Source: Mobula hypostoma
Lineage: Eukaryota
Assembly: GCF_963921235.1 (NCBI RefSeq)
Contig: NC_086097.1
Location: 27,468,001 to 27,532,000 of the forward strand
Length of the DNA: 64,000 nt
Reading direction: 5' to 3'
Under the pieces are notes generated by a model, which had not been told where the DNA came from, searched no databases, and was given only the letters and a program-made list of their open reading frames with translations. Positions 13,106 to 24,419 of the stretch are shown piece by piece (positions within the stretch are counted from its first letter, which is position 1; each line of letters opens with the position of its first letter). Both the position numbers and the translations under genes were made by a program.

Positions 13106-14017
13106 GGCTACGTCCACACTAGACCGGATAATTTTGAAAACGCCGGTTTCGAGTAAAAACGACAGGAGTCCACACTAGGAGTTTTTCAAAATATCTCTGT
13201 CCACATTAAAATGGATATTTGTGCGAATCTACTCCTACTGGGCATGCGCAGACACATCTACAGAAAACAAGCGAAGAGGAAACAGTATAATATTTACATT
13301 TCTGCGGCGGCATTGTGCTATTTCCATTGGTCAAAAACTAGAGTACCAACAACAACAGCCAAAGAAAATTTTCAACAATGTCTTTGAGGAATACAAAGAA
13401 AACCTCCACTGGAAAAAGCAGACCAGATTTCTTCGTTTAGACAGACAATGAAGTTGAGCTGTTCCTGCGAGTTACAAACGACTACAAAGTCAGCAAAGTA
13501 GTGGAGAACGTGGAGAACTCCAAACAAGCTATTAATGTAGATAATAAAGTAAACAACACACACATGAAGCCATCCCCTACCCAAGATCAACAAGAGAGTG
13601 GAATCTTCTGCTGCCAGACCTGCACAGTATTTCTGACATTAATATTTTTAAAGAGAGACTCAATCAAATCAATTTAGGGGATCTAGTCAAAAAAGCTCAC
13701 TTTACAATTTAACTCTCGCGCCGTTTACACCGACTGCACCTTATAACAGCCGTCCGGCAGTGCTTGCGTAGTACCAAGCAGAAGCAGAAAAAGCATTGTT
13801 GTGGTGGTGTTGTCATGACAGCGTTTTTAAATATCTCTGTTTTCCCCATCCACACTATAACGCGCAACAATCGTTTTCAAAATTACACACTGTAGAGAGT
13901 GTTTTAGAAAAGCTCCGTTTTCAGGGGAAGAAAATGCCGTTTCAATGTGGATGGAGGGTCAAAACGAAGAGAAAACGCTTTGTTTTCAAAATTATCTGGC
14001 GTAGTGTGGACGTAGCC
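13106..14017 (+). mobile_element. Non-autonomous PIF/Harbinger-type DNA transposon
   Basis: ~35-bp TIRs (GGCTACGTCCACACTAGACCGGATAATTTTGAAAAC / GTTTTCAAAATTATCTGGCGTAGTGTGGACGTAGCC) and a 3-bp TSD TGA at 13103-13105 and 14018-14020. Internal Myb/SANT-like remnant FFV*TDNEVELFLRVTNDYKVSK at about 13425-13515. Confidence 0.85.
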
Positions 14018-14574
14018 TGAGTCACTGCTAATGTGTGCTGTTTACCAAATGATTGTAGTTTGTTAGTTTAACTAGGGCTGGGCAAATAATTAGAAATTGC
14101 TAATTGGTTTATTATTGTCACATGTACTGAGGTACAGTGAAAAAATTTGTTTTGCATGTCATCCATACTTATGATTTCACTAGAAGTAGGGAACGAAGTA
14201 ACAGATTGTAGAATGAAGTGTTACAATTACAGAGAAGGTGCAGTGCAGGTAAAATGGTTAATGTACAAGACCATGACGAGGTAGATTCTGAGGTTAAGAA
14301 TCCATTTGAACACACTAGAAGTCCATTCTATAGTCTTATAATAGGGTGTAGAATCTGTCCTTCACCTTGGTGCTCACAAACTGCTGGAGGAAATCAATGG
14401 GTTAGTCAGCATCTGTGAAGGGAAATGGACATTCGACATTTTGGCTTGAGAACCTTCAACTGGAGTTGCCTGATTTCCTTCAGAGGTTTTTTTTTTAGCT
14501 GTGGAATAAATAATGGTTAGAAATGAGGGAGATTGACCCTTTTCTTCAATTAGTACTACCAGTACTACCAACTA

Positions 14575-14998
14575 GTATTTCTCCATGGATTGTCACCTTG
14601 TCATGGTGGAGAAGCTTGTGTGGTCCTGTGATCTCGAGAGCAATGCCGTCTGGAGCTACGCTCCTGGTAGGGTCACCCATGGCGGTAAGGTCAAGGTCCC
14701 TGAAGAAGAACAATCCAACCAAGACCTCAACGGTGGAACAGGCGGACGAAGTTACTTCAAACTCAACTGCTGTGAAGGCGGATGAAGGCTGCAACAAATC
14801 CATCAGCTCCAATCATCGTGGTTTCCATGCCATTGGAATCAGTTGGTTGATTTGTGAAGTATCGTGTGCTTTTTGGAGTGCAACATCAAGTACACATTAA
14901 ACAAATACACGCACAGGCGTCTTTGCTCTATGGGCCACTTCTTCAGAACGAAGACCATCATCCTCGACCTTGAGGGATAACCATGCCGACGATGACTA
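14575..14998 (+). mobile_element. Short non-coding element with an RTE-like 5' UTR head
   Basis: Head tgtcaccttgtcatggtggagaagcttgtgtggtcc...ggtagggtcacccatggcgg resembles RTE 5' UTRs as recalled. Ends in a short (gac/gat) tail. Confidence 0.45.
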
Positions 14999-15499
14999 CC
15001 AGGTGTACTTAACATGTACTTTATAGGCTGACAGAATGGTGACACCTCTGAATGTGACAGCCTAGGTACAATGTTCGTATCTCAAGAGTAGAAATTGAAA
15101 CCACACATTGTGTTGAATTCAGTGAGCAACTATTCCCTCACAGTAACTTGCAGGGTATTGCAATTACTCGAGTTGAGTATGATGTTCTCCTAAGGGCTGG
15201 TCTATTGGTTGGTCCACAGGTGATCTAGAATCCATACTCTGGTGCAGTGTAGGCAAGAGTAAGTGGTGGCTGTAGTTAATGGTTGGGTCTTTTTGGTTGT
15301 TCAGTCTCTCCTTTCACAGATGCCTCTTGTTTTCTGTGGCACAGCGGAGGTCACTCTCATGTAATGCAGCTCCCTCTTGAACAGATGGCAGGACTGGTCT
15401 TTTGTGATACTTATTGCAGCGACCCTCAGATTTCAATGTACCCCCGGTTTAACAGTGAAATAAAGCACAGCGTGATGCCATGTGTTATAAACAGATGAG

Positions 15500-16210
15500 A
15501 CTGCACTTAGAGCATCTGCACAAGACTTTGGTGGGGCCAAACGTGGAAAGACTGTGCACAGTTTTGCTCACCCAGTTCCAAGAAAAATATCACTAAATTG
15601 GGAAGAGCACAGAGAGGATCTTCAAGGATGCTGCCAGGACTCAAGAGAGGTTGGGTGGGCGAGGTCTTTATTCCTTGGAATCTACGAGGGATGATCTAAT
15701 GTGGTGTATAAAACAATGAGGGGTGTAGACAGGGGAATACACACAGTCTTTTTCCCAGGGGAGGGAAATTAAACGCAGAAGGCATTGGTTTGTGAGAGGT
15801 GAAAGATATAAAAGGTATTTGAGGGACATTTCTTCATCCACAGGGTGGTCCATATATAGAATGAGCTGCCAGAGAAAGTGGTTGAGGCACGTACATTAAC
15901 AACATTTAAGACAGTTGGACAGGTACATGGATAGGAAAGGTTCATTAATAAGACATAGGAGCAGAATTAGGATATTTGGCTCATCAACTCCGTTCCGTCC
16001 CTCTCAACCCATTCTCCTGGCTTCTTCCTGTAACCTTTAACACCCTTACAAATCAAAAACCCATCAACCTCTGTTTCCCATAGCTGTCTGTGGAAATGAA
16101 TTCTGCAGAGTCACCACCCTCTGGGTAAAGAAGTTCCTCCTCACATGTATTCTAAAGAGACATCCTTCTACTTTGAGGCTGTGCCCTCTGGTTCCAGACT
16201 CCCCAACTAC
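15500..16210. mobile_element. Two tail-to-tail CR1 3' fragments (+ 15500-15945, - 15946-16210)
   Basis: CR1 C-terminal motifs (GESGTRGHSLKVEG...RRNFFTQRVV) and CR1 3' UTRs on opposite strands. Confidence 0.7.
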
Positions 16211-16241
16211 AGAGTTATAGAGTAATACATACACTGGAAAG

Positions 16242-16416
<175 letters not shown>

Positions 16417-17904
16417 TGGAGACACAGATCACATCTGTGTCTGTGGGAGAAGAGAACTACAGAAGTAGATGGAGATATGACAGATGGTTGGAAGGCAAAT
16501 TACTGAAGTGAGTCTTGAGGTTTACACATTATCAAACACAATTAAATCCTTTCTCGTTCACACAAGGCTCTGTAACAGATCTTAACCAGTCGCTGTTCAG
16601 GGTGTTGTATATATAAAAGAGGAGTTTCAAGCAGTTGGTGATATTTCTTCAGAGCACATGCTGAACTCCTGTATGGGATAATGGAGCATGATCTCTCCTA
16701 GATCCCCATCTCTCAGAGCTGGTGTTAATGTAATCAGCACCTCACTCTCTGATAGAACACGATAATGATGTTCAACAACTACAACATTTCCACATGAATT
16801 TTTGCTACTTAAACAGCTTTAATTAAAACATATAAGGTTCTTATTTCCAGTTCAGGTGTATTTGTCAAATGCACATCGAAACATGCAGAAAACTCTGCCC
16901 TTTATGTTAACAACAAAACATGTCCATCATGCTTGGCAGGACAACGCAGATCACAACAAAGAAAAACATACTAAGCGACAAAGCACAGCAAAACAAGACC
17001 ACTTCCTGCCTCCCACCAACCCATGCACAGTGCCCTAACTGCAGGATAGGCCGTCTTCAGGTTTCAACCTTCAGCCTCCAGAGGACTCGTGGATTTACAG
17101 ACATATTGGTCAGTTTTTTAATGGCCCAATACCATGAATGTAAGTTTTTAGTAAAACTGAAGTAAAATGTCTCAAGTTGTTTTACAGAGTGACAATGTGC
17201 CAAAGAAGTGCCTATTAAGGGCAGATGTTCTACAGTATCACAGACTAGATTGGCCGAAGAGCAGGTTTCTGTGCTGAGGTGCTCTATAGAACATTAAACA
17301 CTACAGCACAGTACAGGTTTTTCAGCCCACGATGTGGCGCTGACCTTCTAACCCACTCCAAAATCAATTTAACCCTTCCCTCTTACGTAGCTCTCCATTT
17401 CTTCTATCAATTACGCCCAAAGCTTTGGTTGAAGAACCAGGTTTTAAAAAAATAGTGGGCCCTACTGAGATCAGTGTCCATTCCATCTGATCACCATATC
17501 CCTCTGAGTGAGAGCAGGAGTCTCCTTGTTGCAGGTCTGGAAATCTTTCTGACTGTTGATCCAGTTAACACCACTCACCCACTAAACCAAGCTGTCGTGA
17601 CCATCTGTGGTAGGATCCACAATTACTTTAGGCATACGGAGTAGAACTATTTCATTACCTTTCTGCCAAAGTCTATCACAATCGCAGTTCTCTGTATAAA
17701 ATTTCAACTGCCTCATGCCTGCTCTGTCAGCTTATTGATATACCCAATACAGTTATCGTGATTCAATCATTCATCTTCCCCTGACTGCTCCCCCCTCGAG
17801 CCCTTTTATATGACAGAATAGTACATTAGCAAGGAGCTTATGACTGTGGGGGGCGGGGGGGAGTTGAGAACGACTGACAAAAAAAGGCTTTGAATGGCAG
17901 AATT

Positions 17905-18500
17905 AAATAGATTATTGGTGTTGGTTTATGAATGTCACCTGTACCAAGATAAAGTGAACAGCCTGTCTTGCAACTTGTTTAAACAGATCAAATACACAGT
18001 GTATTGAGGTTGAATAAGGTAAAAAAAGTGTAAAAGTTACCAACAGCCCAGTGCAGTAAACAAAGTGCAAGATTATAACGAGGTAGATTGTGAGGCTAAG
18101 AGTCCACTTTATCATGCAAGATATATTTTCAAGTGTCTAATAAGTGGGATGGAAGCTGCTTTTGAGCTTGGTAGTACCTGCTTTCAGGTTTTTGTGTCTT
18201 CTACCCAATGGGAGAGGAAAGAGGGCGGGTGGGGTCTTTGATTATGCCGGTTGTTTTCTTGAGGCAGCGAGAAGTATAGACAGGATCTACGGAGGTGAGG
18301 TTGGTTCGTGTACTGTACTGAGCTATGTCCACAACTCTCTGCAATTTCCTGCAGTTACATGCAGAGCAGTTGTCATACCAGGAAGTTATGCATCCAGACA
18401 GAATGGTAGATCGATAAAAATTGATAAGAGTTGACAGGGCATGCCAAATTTCTTTAGCTTTCTGAGGAAGTGGAGGAGTTGGTGAGCCTTATTAGCCATG
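17905..18500 (-). mobile_element. Old Rex1/L2-like LINE 3' fragment
   Basis: KAHQLLHFLRKLKKFGM (ORF 18386..18613), then a 3' UTR ending in ataaaccaacaccaat on the minus strand. Confidence 0.6.
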
Positions 18501-19994
18501 ACATTAACATCCACTTTCACCACGGTACGGAAATTCAAATCCAATACCAGCAAGGAAATGGTTGCAGATATCACTTTGAATTTGAAGAACTTTCTAGCAG
18601 TGCGATCACTCAAGTTGAGTATGATGGAGTATGATGTGCTCCTAAGGGGTTGTCTATTGGTGGGTCCTCAGGTCTATGTAGAGGCCCATCTGGGATCCAC
18701 AGATTCTGTTGCATTGTGGGGATGAGTAAGTGGTGAGTGTGGTACTGGTTGAGTCTTCTAGTTGTTCAGTCTCCTATTGCAGCTACCTCTTGTTCTCTGT
18801 GGCACAGCTCCCTCTTGAAAAGACTTCCTCCAGGTGTATCTATTGAATACAATATCTTCCCTGTTTTTCAGATGTAATGTTGAATTTCTTCAGGTTGATT
18901 TTGTTGTTACTTTTGAAGCATTTCCTATGCCTTCGACCACTTGGGAGTAAAGGATCTGTTTGGGGAGACCTAGGTTAAGCACTCGGATGACAGGACCTAT
19001 CTTTCTGCTCTTAAACGCATCTCCCCCATTTCACGTACATCTGCTCTCACTCCATCCTCCCACCACCCCACTAGGAATAGGGTTCCCCTGGTCCTCACCT
19101 ACCACCCCACCAGCCTCCGGGTCCAACATATTATTCTCCGTAACTTCCGCCACCTCCAACGGGATCCCACCACTAAGCATATCTTTCCCTCCCCCCCTCT
19201 CTCTGCATTCCGCAGGGATCGCTCCCTACACAACTCCCTTGTCCATTCGTCCCCCCCATCCCTCCCCACTGATCTCCCTCCTGGCACTTATCCGTGTAAG
19301 CGGAACAAGTGCTACACATGCCCTTACACTTCCTCCCTTACCACCATTCAGGGCCCCAAACAGTCCTTCCAGGTGAGGCATCACTTCACCTGTGAGTCGA
19401 CTGGGGTGATATACTGCGTCCGGTGCTCCCGATGTGGCCTTTTATATATTGGTGAGACCCGACGCAGACTGGGAGACCGCTTTGCTGAACATCTACGCTC
19501 TGTCTGCCAGAGAAAGCAGGATCTCCCAGTGGCCACACATTTTAATTCCACATCCCATTCCCATTCTGACATGTCTATCCACGGCCTCCTCTACTGTAAA
19601 GATGAAGCCACACTCAGGTTGGAGGAACAACACCTTATATTCCGTATGGGTAGCCTCCAACCTGATGGCATGAACATTGACTTCTCTAACTTCCGCTAGG
19701 CCCCACCTCCCCCTCGTACCCCATCTGTTACTCTTTTTAATGCACACATTCTTTCTCTCACTCTCCTTTTTCTCCCTCTGTCCCTCTGAATATACCTCTT
19801 GCCCATCCTCTGGGTCACCCCCCCCCCCCGTCTTTCTTCCCGGACCTCCTGTCCCATGATCCTCTCGTATCCCCTTCTGCCTATCACCTGTCCAGCTCTC
19901 GGCTCCATCCCTCCCCCTCCTGTCTTCTCCTATCATTTTGCATCTCCCCCTCCCCCTCCAGCTTTCAAATCCCTTACTCACTCTTCCTTCAGTT

Positions 19995-20030
19995 AGTCCT
20001 GACGAAGGGTCTCGGCCTGAAACGTCGACT
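19995..20030 (+). ncRNA. Minimal type-I hammerhead ribozyme motif, 5' pLTR
   Basis: AGUC-CUGACGA-A-GGGU CUCG GCCU-GAAA-C-GUC^-GACU. Stem I is AGUC/GACU, the core boxes CUGANGA and GAAA are intact, stem II closes a CUCG loop, and a palindromic ACGU replaces stem III. Predicted cleavage is after 20026. Confidence 0.85.
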
Positions 20031-20163
20031 GCGCTTCTTCCTATAGATGCTGCCTGGCCTGCTGCGTTCACCAGCAACTTTGATGTATGTTGCTTGAATT
20101 TCCAGCATCTGCAGAATTCCTGTTGTTTGCGTTTAAATTCACTACTGCGAAGCCTCTTCCGGT

Positions 20164-23100
20164 GATGCCTACACCGAAGAAGTTTAGATCCTCTCTTCGA
20201 CGGGAGTTCAGTGAAACCATCTCTCACTGCTCCCCATCTGTGATTTCTTCGGCTCTTCAACTTTTCGACCAGACTTTGACTCAAACTCGCTATCACTGCC
20301 ATGTATCCTTTCTTGGAATGTGCCTCCGTTGCCAACTTACTCCAGTTGGCTTTAGGATTCGTTTCCAAGCCTCTCAATTTGGACCTTCTGAGGATCCCAG
20401 GTACTCACATTTCATTGACTCTGCCTCTCGCCGCTTCTCCCGTCAAGCTCTGAAGGCGACGCTCTCCGCCATGAGGAGGTACTTGGTGTCCCTATCCCAG
20501 ACCCTTCCACACCTTCGGGACACTTTCTTCGCCGTCTGTAATGGTCCTACCCGCTATTTCATCCTCCGTCGGATCCACGCCTGCAATCGCCGTTTCTTTG
20601 ACTTTGTCATGTTAGGCAAAGATTGCAAGATCTTACATCTACGGACTGCAGAGCCTGCCGGCCCTGACGCTAGCAGGCATGAACTTTCGGTTGCGGCCCC
20701 TGCCGTTGGTCTCGGCGGCTCCAACACCTCAGGACATATTCAAAACCCGGACTCCAGCAACGACCATGGAGACATTCAAAGCGATCGCGCAACCACCAAC
20801 TGCGACTCCAGCCTTGAACTCCAGGCCGGGTCTTTATGTGCTGCTGTTGTGACTCCCGTCTCCCCTTCCCCCACCACCACTCCGCAGCCCCGTCTTCCTC
20901 AGATCCCACCGTCAGCTCCTGGGCCCTCAGAGGCTCCATCTTCCTCTCACCCCAACCCTCCCCTCTCCATTGACACCCCCAGCCTCCCCCCTCCCCCCTC
21001 TGATCCCAGCTCTCATCCGTGCCGGGTCTTTACCATCCCCTCCGACCTTCAACTGTCGGAGGCAGAACGCTCTGTTCTCAGTAAGGGCCTCACGTTTGTC
21101 CCCCTTCGCCCACACCTCAGCGAGTTCCGTGTTCGCCATGATGCGGAACTTTTCTTCCGCCGTCTCCGTCTCTGAGCCTACTTCTTCGGCAAGGACTCTT
21201 CCACCCCCACCGATGACCCCTTCTCCCGTCTTCATCCCTCCTCTTCTTCATGGACACCCTGCTCTGGTCTTCTGCCTGCTCTGGATCTCTTTATTGCTAA
21301 CTGCCGACGGGACATCAACCGTCTCGACTTCACCGCACCTTGTCCCCATTCCAACCTCACTCCTTCGGAACGCTCTGCTCTCCACTCCCTCCGCACTAAT
21401 CCTAACATTATTATTAAACCCGCTGATAAGGGGGGTGCTGTTGTAGTCTGGCGTACTGACCTCTACCTTGCCGAGGCACAGCGACAACTCGCGGATACCT
21501 CCTCTTATTTACCCCTCGATCGTGACCCCACTAAGGAGCACCAGGCCATTGTCTCCCACACTATCAACGACTTTATCCGCTCAGGGGATCTCCCATCCAC
21601 TGCTACCAACCTTATAGTTCCCACACCCCGCACTTCCCGTTTCTACCTCCTACCCAAGATCCACAAACCTGCCTGTCCTGGCCGACCTATTGTCTCAGCT
21701 TGCTCCTGCCCCACCGAACTCGTTTCTGCATACCTCGACACTGTTTTATCACCCCTTGTTCAATCCCTTCCGACCTATGTTCGTGACACTTCTCACGCTC
21801 TTAAACTTTTCGATGATTTTAAGTTCCCTGGCCCCCACCGCTTTATTTTCACCTTGGATGTCCAGTCCCTATATACTTCCATCCCCCATCAGGAAGGTCT
21901 CAAAGCTCTACGCTTCTTTTTGGATTCCAGACCTAATCAGTTCCCCTCTACCACCACTCTGCTCCGTCTAGCAGAATTAGTCCTTACTCTTAATAATTTC
22001 TCCTTTTGCTCCTCCCATTTCCTCCAAACTAAAGGTGTAGCTATGGGCACCCGTATGGGTCCTAGCTATGCCTGCCTTTTTGTTGGGTTTGTGGAACAAT
22101 CTATGTTCCGTGCCTATTCTGGTATCTGTCCCCCACTTTTCCTTCGCTACATCGACGACTGCATTGGCGCTGCTTCCTGCACGCATGCAGAACTCGTTGA
22201 CTTTATTAACTTTGCCTCCAACTTTCACCCTGCCCTCAAGTTTACCTGGTCCATTTCTGACACCTCCCTCCCCTTTCTAGATCTTTCTGTCTCTGTCTCT
22301 GGAGACAGCTTATCCACTGATGTCTACTATAAGCCTACTGACTCACAGCTATCTGGACTATTCCTCTTCTCACCCTGTCTCTTGCAAAAACGCCATCCCC
22401 TTCTCGCAATTCCTCCGTCTCCGCCGCATCTGCTCTCAGGATGAGGCTTTTCATTCTAGGACGAGGGAGATGTCTTCATTTTTTAAAGAAAGGGGCTTCC
22501 CTTCCTCCACTATCAACTCTGCTCTTAAACGCATCTCCCCCATTTCACGTACATCTGCTCTCACTCCATCCTCCCACCACCCCACTAGGAATAGGGTTCC
22601 CCTGGTCCTCACCTACCACCCCACCAGCCTCCGGGTCCAACATATTATTCTCCGTAACTTCCGCCACCTCCAACGGGATCCCACCACTAAGCATATCTTT
22701 CCCTCCCCCCCCCTGCATTCCGCAGGGATCGCTCCCTACGCAACTCCCTTGTCCATTCGTCCCCCCCATCCCTCCCCACTGATCTCCCTCCTGGCACTTA
22801 TCCGTGTAAGCGGAACAAGTGCTACACATGCCCTTACACTTCCTCCCTTACCACCATTCAGGGCCCCAAACAGTCCTTCCAGGTGAGGCATCACTTCACC
22901 TGTGAGTCGACTGGGGTGATATACTGCGTCCGGTGCTCCTGATGTGGCCTTTTATATATTGGTGAGACCCGACGCAGACTGGGAGACCGCTTTGCTGAAC
23001 ATCTACGCTCTGTCCGCCAGAGAAAGCAGGATCTCCCAGTGGCCACACATTTTAATTCCACATCCCATTCCCATTCTGACATGTCTATCCACGGCCTCCT

Positions 23101-23209
23101 CTACTGTAAAGATGAAGCTACACTCAGGTTGGAGGAACAACACCTTATATTCCGTATGGGTAGCCTCCAACCTGATGGCATGAACATTGACTTCTCTAAC
23201 TTCCGCTAG
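20164..23209 (+). pseudogene. Disrupted Penelope RT / GIY-YIG endonuclease ORF
   Basis: In-frame TGA at 21173-21175 (probable CGA>TGA), frameshifts near 22345 and 22710, and a second TGA near 22940. The upstream repeat copy of the GIY-YIG domain (ORF 19373..19699) is open. Confidence 0.88.
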
Positions 23210-23502
23210 GCCCCACCTCCCCCTCGTACCCCATCTGTTACTCTTTTTAATGCACACATTCTTTCTCTCACTCTCCTTTTTCTCCCTCTGTCCCTCTGAA
23301 TATACCTCTTGCCCATCCTCTGGGTCACCCCCCCCCCGTCTTTCTTCCTGGACCTCCTGTCCCATGATCCTCTCGTATCCCCTTCTGCCTATCACCTGTC
23401 CAGCTCTCGGCTCCATCCCTCCCCCTCCTGTCTTCTCCTATCATTTTGCATCTCCCCCTCCCCTTCCAGCTTTCAAATCCCTTACTCACTCTTCCTTCAG
23501 TT

Positions 23503-23538
23503 AGTCCTGACGAAGGGTCTCGGCCTGAAACGTCGACT
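23503..23538 (+). ncRNA. Minimal type-I hammerhead ribozyme motif, 3' pLTR
   Basis: Identical to 19995-20030; predicted cleavage after 23534. Confidence 0.85.
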
Positions 23539-24419
23539 GCGCTTCTTCCTATAGATGCTGCCTGGCCTGCTGTGTTCACCAGCAACTTTGATGTATGTTT
23601 TTTGGAGTTGGTATTGCTTTATCGTGGTGGAGATGCTGTTTCTTGTTGGCCTCCTCAAGTACTCTGATGTTAGTGTGTCAGGTGATCCTCATAAGAATCT
23701 TCGATGGTTTAGGATTTTTTCTGAAGAACTTTATAGGTTTTGGTTTTTCTTGAAGATCTTTATATTTAGTCATCACAGTATTAGTCAACTATCTATCAGT
23801 GAATGCTGGGAAAGAGTTTAAACATGGTCTCTTATTTTTCTATAAAGTTTATCACTGAGGGCTTCTCTGCATTGGCAGAAATGTTTCCAATGTACATTTT
23901 TACTTTAAATGCACAAATTTAAAAAATTATCTGCAAGCGACCGCTGCCATCTCTGCTCAGATCAAAGCAGCAAGCCTACAGATTAGAAGCTGAGGCTTAT
24001 TTCAGCCCAGCTCTTCACTGCAAAATGCATTCACCAGCCTGCAGCAGGAGTGTCTGACTTCTCTTGTAGGCTATTTTGGTTTGTACCAAACTGTAAGTTA
24101 AATCTTTGAATGATATCCTGCTCTCTCAAAGTTAAATAAAGATTGTAGAGCTAAATCCTCTGCAATGTGGTTCTAACTGTAACTGACGTTCCATTTCCAT
24201 CATGTCTCATAGAGTCATGTAGCACTGCAAAGCAACAATCTTCTTGTTATATAAGTAAGTGAAAATAAACCTGACTCTGATTCCAATGTCTTATCATTTG
24301 GGGTTATGGTTCAGATTTTCCTTGGGTAAACTACTAAAATTACCACCTGATTTCTCTGAATCTTTGTGCATTTCTAATTCACCAAATTGTCCAGGAGGGT
24401 TTCTTAAATCAATATTTAG

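Larger units (their letters stand above)
19004..23599 (+). mobile_element. Penelope-like retroelement (Neptune type), full unit in partial-tandem (pLTR) configuration
   Basis: Direct repeats 19004-20091 and 22518-23599 differ at only about 9 positions by eye. A single ORF from ~20164 to 23209 has the PLE N-terminal HxxFLxxC motif, IIIKPADKGGAVVVW, RT motifs (GVAMGTRMGPSYA, FLRYIDD), the thumb (YLDYSSSHP), a Cys-rich linker CKRNKCYTC and GIY-YIG (VIYCVRCSRCGLLYIGET). Confidence 0.95.
18600..23710 (-). mobile_element. Old RTE LINE C-terminal fragment, split by the Penelope insertion (RTE parts 18600-19003 and 23600-23710)
   Basis: Minus-strand remnants TNIRVLEEAN...TIKQYQLQ on the right flank continue as ...VIRVLNLGLPKQILYSQ...NLKKFNI on the left flank. 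A related copy lies at about 15160-15430. Confidence 0.6.

Noticed and set aside
19493..20377. 294-aa minus-strand ORF
   Set aside because: It is antisense to the Penelope pLTR and ORF start and has no recognisable domain. The second repeat copy is broken by a C-run length change.
19004..23599. LTR retrotransposon, or assembly duplication, as explanation for the 1.09-kb direct repeat
   Set aside because: There are no TG..CA ends, PBS or PPT, and the repeat includes coding GIY-YIG sequence as expected for PLE partial tandems. The copies differ by CpG-type substitutions, which argues against an assembly artefact.
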